From positions 1-18,129 of the forward strand of contig JANPJS010000243.1 of assembly GCA_031425655.1 (NCBI GenBank): a stretch of DNA of 18,129 bases, in the 5' to 3' direction. Made by a program: the position numbers and the translations under genes. This document shows positions 7,971-16,266 of this stretch, one piece after another (positions within the stretch are counted from its first letter, which is position 1; each line of letters opens with the position of its first letter). Below the pieces are notes generated by a model. The model had not been told where the DNA came from, made no database searches, and was given only the letters and a program-made list of their open reading frames with translations. This stretch comes from Abditibacteriaceae bacterium. Its GTDB lineage: Bacteria; Armatimonadota; Abditibacteriia; Abditibacteriales; Abditibacteriaceae.

Positions 7971-9320
7971 TTACTTCGGTTTTGCGTCGCGCAGCGGCCA
8001 ATTGGGGTCGGGCGTGTGCGCTTCTTTGAAGATTTCGGTGGCGCGCTGCACCAGTTCGGGATGCTGGGCGGCGAGGTTGCTTTTTTCGCCCGCGTCGGTT
8101 TTGAGATCGAAGATTTGAATAGGCCTGCTGGGGCCGTTGCGCACCGCTTTCCAGTCGGCCCAGCGCGCGGCTTGCAGGCTGGGGCCTTCGTGCAGTTCCC
8201 AGTAAAAATAGGGGCACTGCGGCGCGGCGCCGCCTTTGAGAAACGAAAGCAGCGAAAGGCCATCGGTTTTGCAGTCGGCGGGAATTTTCGCGCCCGCGAT
8301 TTCGGCGGCGGTGGGCAGAAAATCCCAAAAGGCCCACGGCTCGTCGCGCACTTTATCCGCTGGAATTTGCCCCGGCCAGCGCGCGATGGCCGCTTGGCGC
8401 AGCCCGCCTTCGTAGAGTTCGCGTTTGTAGCCGCGCAAACCGTTGTTCGCCTGCTCGAACAGCTTGCCTATTTCCGATTGCGGCGCGAACGACGAACCGT
8501 TGTCGCCCGCCATAATCACGAGGGTTTTTTCGTCGATTTTCAGTTCTTGCAGCAAATCGAGCAAGCGTCCGAGGTCGCTGTCGAGGCGCGTGACCTGCGC
8601 GGCATAGGATTTTTGCTGGGTCGTCCACGGCTTGTCTTTGTAAATTCCAAAATCGTCGATTTCGTGGCGTCCGTGCGGCAAAGTAATGGCGTAAAACAGG
8701 AAAAACGGCCCGTCTTTTTGGGCGCGCACCCAGCGCAGCGCTTCGTCGGCGATCCGGCTTTGCGCGTAGGTTTTGCCCACAGTTTTGCCGTCGTTGCCGG
8801 GCAAATCGAAGCGTTTGTCGTCGTTGTAAAGATACGTCGGAAAATACGAATGTGCATGACGCTGGCAGTTGTAGCCGAAAAAGTGGTCGAAGCCCTTTTT
8901 CAGCGGGCTGCCTGTGGTGTCGAACATGCCCATGCCCCATTTGCCCACGCAGGCGGTGGCGTAACCGGCAGTTTTGAGAATCTGCGCCACAGTGCGCGTG
9001 TTTTCGGGCAGCGGCATTTGGCCTTCGGGCTGAATTTCGCGGTTGGCGCGCACCGGCGCGTGGCCGCTGTGCAGGCCGGTCATCAGTGAGGCGCGGCTGG
9101 GCGCGCACACCGTGGTGCCGCAGTAGGCTTGCGTGAAGCGCGTGCCTTCCTTGGCCATGCGGTCGAGGCGCGGCGTTTGGATGAGCTTTTGCCCGTAAAC
9201 GCCCACGTCGCCCTGCGCCAAATCGTCGCTGAGCACAAAAATGATGTTCGGCTTGTCGGCGGCGCCCGCGCCCAGCGACAAGCACAGCAGCAGCGCCCAA
9301 ACGAAGAATTTTAGTTTCAT
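7971..9320 (-). CDS. Arylsulfatase family protein (S1, Cys-type), 'sulfatase C'
   Basis: 449 aa with signal peptide, [36 protein letters not shown] and [10 protein letters not shown]. Confidence 0.95.
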   Translation of the reverse strand: MKLKFFVWALLLCLSLGAGAADKPNIIFVLSDDLAQGDVGVYGQKLIQTPRLDRMAKEGTRFTQAYCGTTVCAPSRASLMTGLHSGHAPVRANREIQPEGQMPLPENTRTVAQILKTAGYATACVGKWGMGMFDTTGSPLKKGFDHFFGYNCQRHAHSYFPTYLYNDDKRFDLPGNDGKTVGKTYAQSRIADEALRWVRAQKDGPFFLFYAITLPHGRHEIDDFGIYKDKPWTTQQKSYAAQVTRLDSDLGRLLDLLQELKIDEKTLVIMAGDNGSSFAPQSEIGKLFEQANNGLRGYKRELYEGGLRQAAIARWPGQIPADKVRDEPWAFWDFLPTAAEIAGAKIPADCKTDGLSLLSFLKGGAAPQCPYFYWELHEGPSLQAARWADWKAVRNGPSRPIQIFDLKTDAGEKSNLAAQHPELVQRATEIFKEAHTPDPNWPLRDAKPK

Positions 9321-9361
9321 GGGTGAAATTTTACCGAGCCGGGCTGCGTCTGTCGGTTTTT

Positions 9362-9417
9362 GCAGAAAAATGTTGGGCAGAAAAATGAATTCTATTTTTT
9401 GCCCAACATTTTTCTGC
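9362..9417. repeat. Long intergenic palindrome built of GCAGAAAAAT units (REP-like)
   Basis: GCAGAAAAATGTTGGGCAGAAAAAT-gaattct-ATTTTTTGCCCAACATTTTTCTGC, with arms of about 24 bp. Confidence 0.75.
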
Positions 9418-9420
9418 CTA

Positions 9421-10755
9421 TCAACGGGTGCCTCCTGTTGCCGTAGCGAGCAACTTCGGCAGCGATTGGCGCCACGCCAGCGCGGCGGCTTTCATTTTTG
9501 CCGTCACATCGGTTTTTTCGTCGGCGAGGTTCTTTTCTTCGTTCGGGTCGGCCAACACGTCGTAAAGCTCGGTGCGCGTGCCGTCAGTGTTGATTAGCAG
9601 TTTCCACTGGCCTTCGCGCATCGCCACGTTCGGGCTGCGGTGCTCGGCTTGCGGCGGGTAGGCGAACGACGTGTCGTTGCGCCCGTATTCCCAGAAAATC
9701 GGCTCGGTGCGCGGCGAACTTTTGCCCAGCAGCGCGGCGCTGAAGTTTTCGCCGTCGCTTGCGTAATCGGCGGGCAGTTTCGCTCCCGCGAGGTGGCAGA
9801 GCGTGGGCAGCATATCCACGGCGGTCAGCACAGTGGTTTCGTCCACGCGCGCCGGAACATTTCCCGGCCAGCGCGCGATAAACGGCAGGCGAATACCGCC
9901 TTCGTAGAGGCTCAGTTTGCTGCCGCGCAGGCCCAGCGTGCGCTGTTTGTCGAAAGTCGGCAGCGCACCGTTGTCGGAGGCGTAAATCAGCAGTGTGTTG
10001 GCGGGCAGCGCGTGCATCAAGCGCCCGATTTGCGTGTCGTTTTCTTCCAAAACGGCTTTTAAGTTGGCTTTGGTAGCGCCCTTGGGCGCGTCGTCGGCGG
10101 GCACCCACGGTGTGTGCGGGTCGTCGAGCCACAGGTTCACGAAACACGGTTTGTCGGCGTGGCGCTTGAAAAAATCGAGGGTCTTATCCACGAAAAACGC
10201 GCTGCGATTCCAACGTTTGACGGGGTCTTTGTCGCTCCAAATCCAGTTGGTGGCGGTGATTTCGGGGTGTGGCTCCGGGCTTTCGTAGGTGCCCACGCCT
10301 TCGTCGTAGCCGTAGGCGGCGAATTTGGGTGGGTTTTCCACATCGCGCCCGCCGCCGAGGTGCCATTTTCCGATGTGCGCCGTGGCGTAGCCCGCGTTTT
10401 TGAGAATGCGCGGCAGCGACGGCGCTTCGGTGTCCAGAAAATCGGCTTGTTCGCACTCGCGGTTGCCTTTGCGCGATTGCAAATAGCTGGTGATGTTCCA
10501 GCGCGCCGGAAACTGCCCGGTGAGGAGACCACAGCGCGACGGCGAACAAATCGGCGCGGCGCTGTAATAGCGCGTAAAACGTGTGCCCTGTGCGGCGAGG
10601 CGGTCGATATTCGGCGTTTTGGCCAGTGTGCCGCCGTAACAGCCGAGATCGCCCGCGCCCATGTCGTCGGTCAGCACGAAAACGATGTGAGGCGGCGCGG
10701 CGTGTGCGCCAAGCGTCGCAAGCAGCAAGGCGGCGAAAAGTGCGAAGTTTTTCAT
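9421..10755 (-). CDS. Sulfatase family protein (S1, Cys-type), 'sulfatase B'
   Basis: 444 aa from ATG 10755 with signal peptide, [28 protein letters not shown] and [12 protein letters not shown]. Confidence 0.95.
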   Translation of the reverse strand: MKNFALFAALLLATLGAHAAPPHIVFVLTDDMGAGDLGCYGGTLAKTPNIDRLAAQGTRFTRYYSAAPICSPSRCGLLTGQFPARWNITSYLQSRKGNRECEQADFLDTEAPSLPRILKNAGYATAHIGKWHLGGGRDVENPPKFAAYGYDEGVGTYESPEPHPEITATNWIWSDKDPVKRWNRSAFFVDKTLDFFKRHADKPCFVNLWLDDPHTPWVPADDAPKGATKANLKAVLEENDTQIGRLMHALPANTLLIYASDNGALPTFDKQRTLGLRGSKLSLYEGGIRLPFIARWPGNVPARVDETTVLTAVDMLPTLCHLAGAKLPADYASDGENFSAALLGKSSPRTEPIFWEYGRNDTSFAYPPQAEHRSPNVAMREGQWKLLINTDGTRTELYDVLADPNEEKNLADEKTDVTAKMKAAALAWRQSLPKLLATATGGTR

Positions 10756-10759
10756 GAAA

Positions 10760-12097
10760 TTACTTGTCGCGTTTGGCACCCAGTGGCGCGAATACGGGCG
10801 GAATCATGCCTGTGTTCCACTGGGCGAATTGGTCGTCGAGGCGCTGCAAAATGTCGGGGTTTTGTGCGGACAAATCGGTTTGTTCGCCGATGTCCTGTTT
10901 CAGGTTGAACAGCTCTTTTTTGTCTTTGGTTTTCACCAATTTCCAGTCGCCGACGCGCACGGCGTATTGCGCGCCGTTTTCCACGCGCCAGAAGAGCTTC
11001 GTGTGCGGCCCGCCTTTGTTTTTGCGCTGCAAATACGGCAGCAAATCCACGCTGTCCATGACGCGATCTTGCGGCATTTTGGTGTTTACCAACGCGCACG
11101 CAGTGGCGAAAACGTCGAGCGAGGAAACCATTTCGTCATAAGTGCCCGTTGGCAATTTTCCGGGCCACGAAATCACAAAAGGCACGCGCGAACCGCCTTC
11201 ATACATCGAGCCTTTGCCCGCGCGCAGCGGCGCGTTGTCGCATTTAACGGCGTTCAGCGGCCCGCCGTTATCGCTGAAGAAAAACACGATTGTGTTTTCG
11301 GCTTGGCCGCTGGCTTTGATGGCGTCCAAAACGCGGCCTATGCCGTCGTCCATCGCCACCGTCAGCGCGGCATAGGCGCGGCGTTTGGGGTCTTCGATGT
11401 GCTTTACACGCTCCAAATATTGCGGCGTGGTGTCCAGCGGCGTGTGAGCCGCGTTATAAGCCAAATACAAAAACCACGGCTGCGCCTTGTGCTTTTCGAC
11501 GAAAGCCGCGCCCTCGCGCGAAAACGCGTCGGTGAGATACTCTTTTTCGTCCACGTCTTCGCGATTGCGCTGCAACGGAATGTTGTATTCGGCCTTGTTT
11601 TTAACGCCCGGCAAATAGCGGTGCCCGCCGCCGATGAAGCCAAACCAATCGGTGAAACCGCGCACCGTGGGATGGAATTTCGGATGCGCGCCCTGGTGCC
11701 ACTTGCCGATGCCGCCCGTGACGTAGCCCGCCTCTTTTAGCACTTGCGGCAGCAAAATCTGATCGGTCGGCAAGCCCGATTTTTCGTCGTCCGGCCAGTA
11801 ATTGGGGTTGCGTTCGTGCCCGAAACGCTGTTGATAGCGCCCCGTGAGCAGTCCGGCGCGCGTCGGGCTGCAAAACGGGTGGCTGACGTAGCCGTTTGTG
11901 CAAACGAGGCCGCTTTTCGCCAGCGCATCCAATCGCGGCGTCGGAATGTCTTGGCTGCCTTGAAAACCGAGGTCTTTGTAGCCTAAATCATCGGCGATAA
12001 TCACCAAAACGTTGGGCCGCTTGTCGGCGCGTTCGGCGGTGCGCGCCGTGGTGCAAAAGGCCCCAAGGGCCGCAAAAAGTGCGAAGTGCAATTTCAT
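10760..12097 (-). CDS. Sulfatase family protein (S1, Cys-type; GalNAc-sulfatase-like), 'sulfatase A'
   Basis: 445 aa with PNVLVIIADDLG, CSPTRAGLLTGRY, GYVTGGIGKWH, SDNGG and GKGSMYEGGSRVP. Confidence 0.95.
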   Translation of the reverse strand: MKLHFALFAALGAFCTTARTAERADKRPNVLVIIADDLGYKDLGFQGSQDIPTPRLDALAKSGLVCTNGYVSHPFCSPTRAGLLTGRYQQRFGHERNPNYWPDDEKSGLPTDQILLPQVLKEAGYVTGGIGKWHQGAHPKFHPTVRGFTDWFGFIGGGHRYLPGVKNKAEYNIPLQRNREDVDEKEYLTDAFSREGAAFVEKHKAQPWFLYLAYNAAHTPLDTTPQYLERVKHIEDPKRRAYAALTVAMDDGIGRVLDAIKASGQAENTIVFFFSDNGGPLNAVKCDNAPLRAGKGSMYEGGSRVPFVISWPGKLPTGTYDEMVSSLDVFATACALVNTKMPQDRVMDSVDLLPYLQRKNKGGPHTKLFWRVENGAQYAVRVGDWKLVKTKDKKELFNLKQDIGEQTDLSAQNPDILQRLDDQFAQWNTGMIPPVFAPLGAKRDK

Positions 12098-12108
12098 AAT
12101 TTTAAAGC

Positions 12109-13926
12109 CTACATCTGCGCAACGAGCGCTTCAAATTCGTCTATTTGGCCGCGAATGATGCCGAGACTGGCGTTCCAGAACGCGATGTCGTGGGTATCGA
12201 GTCCGAAGCGGCGGGCCAAGGTGGCAGCGTCGGCCATGCCCGCTGCGCCCAGCAGGTCGTCGTATTGCGCGCGAAAACGCTCCGGGTCGCGTTGGTAGCA
12301 GGCATAGAGGCCGAGGCCGAAAAGCAGGCCAAAAGTGTAGGGGTAGTTGTAGAAAGTGGGGCCGTAGTAATGGCCTTTAACGGCCCACATGTAAGGATGC
12401 AGCGGCTCCAAGTGCTCGCCGTAAGTGGCGCGCTGCGCCTGCGTCATCAGGTCGCAAAATTCGCTCGCCGTCAGGTCGCGACTGGCGCGCTTTTCAAAAA
12501 CCGCTTGTTCAAACAAAAAGCGCGAGTGAATATCCACCACCACCATTAAATTCCGTTCTAAGGCGCTGTTAAGCAGCGTGAAACGCTCGCTGGCATTCGC
12601 CTGTGCGACGGCGGCCTCGAAGATCAGCGTTTCGCAAAATATGCTGGCGGTTTCGGCCAAGGTGCTGGGCACGCCGAGTTGCAAAGGTGTGCGCCCTGCC
12701 AAAGTCAGGTTGTGATAAGCGTGGCCGAGTTCGTGCGCCAGCGTGCTGACATCGTAAAAAGAGCCGTCGAAATTCATCAGCACACGCGATTCGCCCGGTC
12801 GGATGCAGGTGCAATAGGCGCCGCCGATTTTGCCAAGGCGCGGCGCGGCGTCTATCCAGCCTTCGCGAAACGACTTGGCCGCGAAATCGGCCAATTCGGG
12901 TGAGTAGCGCCCGAAGTTTTCGACGATGAACGCCGTGGCTTCGGGCCATGACCACGATTTGTTGGCTTCGCCAAGCGGAGCCTGAAGATCGAACCATGCC
13001 AACTGCGGCAGATTTAGCGCGCGCGCTTTGGCGTCCATGTAGCGCCGAAAATCGGGAAACGACTGCACGCAGGCGCTTTGCATGGCTTGCAATGTTTCGC
13101 GGTCGATGCTGTTGCCGATCAGCGTCGGTTCCACGTCGTTTTCAAAGCCGCGCCGCTTGCGCAGCGTGCGCTGATAGCCTTTGATGCCGTTGAGCGCGGC
13201 GCAGAGCGGCAGCGCCACGGTTTCCCACGCTTGAATTTCCGCCTCGAAAGCGGCCTTGCGCACCGCGCGGTCGGGCGACGAAGCCAAAGCGCGCACCGCG
13301 CTCATCGGCAGCACGCGTTCGTTTTGCGGTTCGCTTTGTGAACTGTTTTCGGGTAGCGCCACGGTGACCGAAAGCAGCGCCGTCATGTTGCCGTGCAACT
13401 TGGCCCAGCCGCCCAAAGCCATCGGTTGCAGCGCGGCGGCGAGGTTTTCTTCGCTTTCGCTCATTTGGTGCTGTGCCAAAACCTCGGCACGGCGCAGAAA
13501 AAACTCGTGTTCGCGCGCCAGCGGCGAAGCGGCGAGCAGCGCTTCGATATCGCCCGAACCCAGCCACGCCACCAGCCGCGCGTTCAGTTGGCCCAGCAGC
13601 ACGCCTTGGGTTTCGAGGCGCGATTGGTAGGCTTTGGCCGTGTCGTTGCGCGCGTCTGTCGTGACATAGCAATGAATATAAGAGCCAACCGTGCGCAGCC
13701 GCTCACGAAGCGCATTGACGCGCCCCAGCACCTCTTCGACGCGTTGCACGAAAACCTCGTCGGCGTCTGAGGCATTTTCACGTCGCCGCACTTCGTAGCG
13801 GTCGAACAGCGCGGCCAAGTCGGTAATCGCTTCCAAGACGCGGGCGAACTCGTCTTGAAAAGCCTCGGATTCGAGCGAAGGGAACACCGAAGAAATATCC
13901 CAACGCGGCAGTGGTGTTTGGTTCAT
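12109..13926 (-). CDS. pepF: Oligoendopeptidase F, peptidase family M3B
   Basis: 605 aa with PRWDISSVFP N-terminus, GKIGGAYC, TLAHELGHAYH zinc motif, LAETASIFCE and FYNYPYTFG. Confidence 0.93.
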   Translation of the reverse strand: MNQTPLPRWDISSVFPSLESEAFQDEFARVLEAITDLAALFDRYEVRRRENASDADEVFVQRVEEVLGRVNALRERLRTVGSYIHCYVTTDARNDTAKAYQSRLETQGVLLGQLNARLVAWLGSGDIEALLAASPLAREHEFFLRRAEVLAQHQMSESEENLAAALQPMALGGWAKLHGNMTALLSVTVALPENSSQSEPQNERVLPMSAVRALASSPDRAVRKAAFEAEIQAWETVALPLCAALNGIKGYQRTLRKRRGFENDVEPTLIGNSIDRETLQAMQSACVQSFPDFRRYMDAKARALNLPQLAWFDLQAPLGEANKSWSWPEATAFIVENFGRYSPELADFAAKSFREGWIDAAPRLGKIGGAYCTCIRPGESRVLMNFDGSFYDVSTLAHELGHAYHNLTLAGRTPLQLGVPSTLAETASIFCETLIFEAAVAQANASERFTLLNSALERNLMVVVDIHSRFLFEQAVFEKRASRDLTASEFCDLMTQAQRATYGEHLEPLHPYMWAVKGHYYGPTFYNYPYTFGLLFGLGLYACYQRDPERFRAQYDDLLGAAGMADAATLARRFGLDTHDIAFWNASLGIIRGQIDEFEALVAQM

Positions 13927-14020
13927 AGAGTGGCAGTTTAGCGAGCGGGGGGCACGAAGTTATGGGTTTTTGCCGTCCGTTGGGTCGCTTCCGGTTTGAG
14001 TAAACAGCGCTGGCGTCGTT

Positions 14021-14095
14021 TCGGCGCGTTCGCGCGGCATGCGCTACGTCGCAAAAAGTTCCAAAGATCGCAAAAAGTGCGAATCGTAATTGCAT
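14021..14095 (-). pseudogene. 5' remnant (signal peptide) of sulfatase A, diverged duplicate of 12024-12097
   Basis: MQLRFALFAIFGTFCDVAHA versus MKLHFALFAALGAFCTTART. Identical 15-mer CGCAAAAAGTGCGAA at 14069 and 12071, shared TCGGCGCGTTCG, and a 1-nt frameshift. Confidence 0.75.
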
Positions 14096-14179
14096 GAAAG
14101 AAGTTGGACTGCGCGCCGCTATTTTTGCGGCGAATCGCAATTTGCGGCGCCTTCGCGCGTTTGCGAGAGTTGCATTCGA

Positions 14180-14217
14180 ATTAGGCCGCAGGACTGCGGA
14201 CTAATAACCTGTTAGGC
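14180..14217 (+). other. attI-like integron recombination site 2 (core GTTAGGC at 14211-14217)
   Basis: GTTRRRY core heading the cassette array, preceded by CTAATAACCT and a palindrome. Homologous to 6150-6187. Confidence 0.75.
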
Positions 14218-14271
14218 CGATGCGCGCAGCTTGGTCGCGTGTCATGCTAAAATATGTTGCGGTGATTGATT

Positions 14272-14583
14272 ATGCAAGGAGAAAACTTTAAGTTCCAGTT
14301 CATCATGGTTTTGAGCGTGGCCTTGCTCATCGCTATATTTTTGCCGTTGTCTTTAGGCGTTTTTATGCCAAGTGTTTTTCCTATCAAGCGTGTGGCAGGC
14401 TTACAAACTATTTGTTTTGGTGTCGTTGTCGCTCTTGGTTTGTCCCTCGTTTGCTACCTGCTCGTGTTCTTTGAGGCAAGCAATCCAGTTTTGACGCAAG
14501 ATCGTTCCAACGGTATCATCTTCGGTTTCGTCATTGCGGCTTTCGGGGCAATACTCAAGCTCGCAACCAGGCCGCGAAACTAA
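14272..14583 (+). CDS. Cassette-encoded small membrane protein (about 3 TM helices), unknown function
   Basis: 103-aa hydrophobic ORF filling the cassette, with its stop 10 nt before the attC. Confidence 0.7.
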   Translation: MQGENFKFQFIMVLSVALLIAIFLPLSLGVFMPSVFPIKRVAGLQTICFGVVVALGLSLVCYLLVFFEASNPVLTQDRSNGIIFGFVIAAFGAILKLATRPRN

Positions 14584-14593
14584 ACCAACACCG

Positions 14594-14685
14594 GACTAAC
14601 AAGGCGCTGCACCCGACCGCCTACAGCTTCGCTCGTCGTTCCTCCTCGCTACGCTTCCGGCGGCGGGTGAGCTTGGTCGTTGGGC
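14594..14685 (+). repeat. attC site
   Basis: GACTAAC-AAGGCGCTGCACCCGACCGCC...GGCGGCGGGTGAGCTTGGTC-GTTGGGC. Confidence 0.92.
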
Positions 14686-14688
14686 TGC

Positions 14689-14717
14689 TTGCGCGCAGCT
14701 TGGATGCGTGCGATAAT
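14689..14717 (+). promoter_or_regulatory. Putative cassette-internal sigma70 promoter
   Basis: TTGCGC (14689-14694), 17-nt spacer, TG-c-GATAAT (14712-14717). Upstream of RBS GAGGG and ATG 14737. Confidence 0.5.
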
Positions 14718-14736
14718 GTTGAAACGAGGGAAACAC

Positions 14737-15132
14737 ATGGCACTGAAACTCAACCAAACTTATTCAAGACAAGAAATTAGCCATATGTTGGGCGGCAGCG
14801 TTCAGGCTTATCTGCCGTTCAAAGGCGGCAGAGTTACTTGTGGGTGCTTTCGTGTTGAAGAAGAATACAATCCAGGCGCTCCCGAAGAAGTCATGTTTGG
14901 CTGCGATGTTCCAATGCCAGATGTAGAGAAATCGGCAGAAATGGTTTATGCACAAGCCAAACGTGGTGAAGCTGTTCCCGTCTTTATCTTCCGTGAGCCG
15001 GCCAAATGGGAGTATGTAGGAGATTATCGGTGCGTAGGTTTGTTGCGTGATGCGGCTTTGCTCCGGCAGAAGACACAGGCACATCCGCGCCGAGGCGTCA
15101 TCACCGGCGTCTTGCGCTTCGAGAAAGTCTGA
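14737..15132 (+). CDS. Cassette-encoded hypothetical protein, probable stand-alone SRA/PUA-like domain
   Basis: 131 aa. YSRQEISHMLGG-x-Q...VPVFIFREPAKWEYVGDY resembles SRA-like domains of modification-dependent nucleases (recalled pattern, not searched). Confidence 0.55.
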   Translation: MALKLNQTYSRQEISHMLGGSVQAYLPFKGGRVTCGCFRVEEEYNPGAPEEVMFGCDVPMPDVEKSAEMVYAQAKRGEAVPVFIFREPAKWEYVGDYRCVGLLRDAALLRQKTQAHPRRGVITGVLRFEKV

Positions 15133-15153
15133 ACCGAAAGGCACCAACAAGCC

Positions 15154-15241
15154 GCCGAACAAGGCGCTGCACCCGACCGCCTACAGCCTGCGCTCGTTCC
15201 TCGCTTCGGCTTCCGGCGGCGGGTGAGCTTGGTCGTTAGGC
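15154..15241 (+). repeat. attC site
   Basis: GCCGAAC-AAGGCGCTGCACCCGACCGCC...GGCGGCGGGTGAGCTTGGTC-GTTAGGC. Confidence 0.92.
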
Positions 15242-15279
15242 CGGTGCGCGCAACTTGAAGAGAATTACAAGGGGTTTAG

Positions 15280-16266
15280 TTACAAGTCAATAATCCAACG
15301 ACATACAGACGCAAGCTGGCTATCATCGGTCAAGTTAGCTGCATTCGTCAGTGTCCCGTCTGCGAGTTGTGTCCAAATTTCATCGGCCATGCCGCTGACA
15401 ATGGCGGCGCCGACGAACACCGAAGCAGGTGCGAGGTTGAGTTTGGAGAAGGCATCTCGGATGCGTAACAAAGCGGTTCGTGCTGTTTTCCAGTGTTCAT
15501 CAGCACCAGCGGGGTCAACACCACCTTTAAGTTCGCCTAATGCAACATAAAGCGCACCATTGAGCACTGCCGTGTCAAAGTCTTGCGGAACACACGCGAG
15601 CAGACACAAATCTATATTCTTCCCAACAATTGCCGGGCTGTAGTTGTAGCGAAGAGTGCGCGAGCCTTGAGCATTTGTCCAGCTAAGTGCGTTCGTTTGA
15701 AATTCGATGTCCGGGTCGCTGGAAGTGCCAGTGAGCCACTTTTTGGTTTTGGCGTGCCGCCATTCAAACGGGACGTTCGCTAATGATAGAGCGGCGATGA
15801 TATTGCGGGTTAACTTGCGCTGCGCGATGGCTCCGCCAATGTTCCGCATTGAACCGCCGACGGTATCGCCGCGTGTAATCAGGAACCGATAAACCAACTC
15901 ATCAACCCAATCCGCTCCTGCTATGTCGAGAAAGTTAGCGATAAAGTCTCGCACTGCTTGTTCTTTGGTGGTTGCATCCAGATGACCTGCTGCTTTGTCC
16001 GAAATTCCTGCCGCCGCCACTAGAGCAGCTTGGATGGTAGACAGAGTAAGCAAATCTGCTGGCCTTGATAGCGGTAATGCAACGGCTTTGAGCGCACGCG
16101 CTTGGGTGATGAAAGGCGTGGCCTGCCGATTCTTCTCAAGTGCCAGTTCAAGGAAGCCTGCGCGCGTCTCGGCGTGGCTTGTGACGAGATCGGCTTTGGT
16201 GGTGAGGTGCGATTGATAAGGTTGGCCGGAGTTCTTGTTGCCTACGGGCTGTCCAGTTGCGTTCAT
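15280..16266 (-). CDS. Type II restriction endonuclease, AvaI/BsoBI family
   Basis: 328 aa from ATG 16266 (ATGA overlap with the MTase stop). Motifs TRAGFLELALEKN, ELVYRFLITRGDTVGGSMRN, KNIDLCL and ELKGGVDPAGADEHWKTA. Confidence 0.92.
   Translation of the reverse strand: MNATGQPVGNKNSGQPYQSHLTTKADLVTSHAETRAGFLELALEKNRQATPFITQARALKAVALPLSRPADLLTLSTIQAALVAAAGISDKAAGHLDATTKEQAVRDFIANFLDIAGADWVDELVYRFLITRGDTVGGSMRNIGGAIAQRKLTRNIIAALSLANVPFEWRHAKTKKWLTGTSSDPDIEFQTNALSWTNAQGSRTLRYNYSPAIVGKNIDLCLLACVPQDFDTAVLNGALYVALGELKGGVDPAGADEHWKTARTALLRIRDAFSKLNLAPASVFVGAAIVSGMADEIWTQLADGTLTNAANLTDDSQLASVCRWIIDL

Noticed and set aside
7905..11740. Long plus-strand ORFs (7905-9089, 10114-10908, 10754-11740) and 8353-9300
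   Set aside because: These are antisense or alternate-frame shadows of GC-rich sulfatase genes with no recognisable motifs.
13927..14180. Integron integrase next to the attI-like site
   Set aside because: There is no tyrosine-recombinase ORF or RHxxxT/HxLRH motif here or upstream of 6150.
15150..15160. AGCCGCCGAAC perfectly complements the start of cassette 4 (GTTCGGCGGCT), suggesting cassette reshuffling
   Set aside because: It can be explained by variation within one attC family, and a single instance is not enough to infer a rearrangement.
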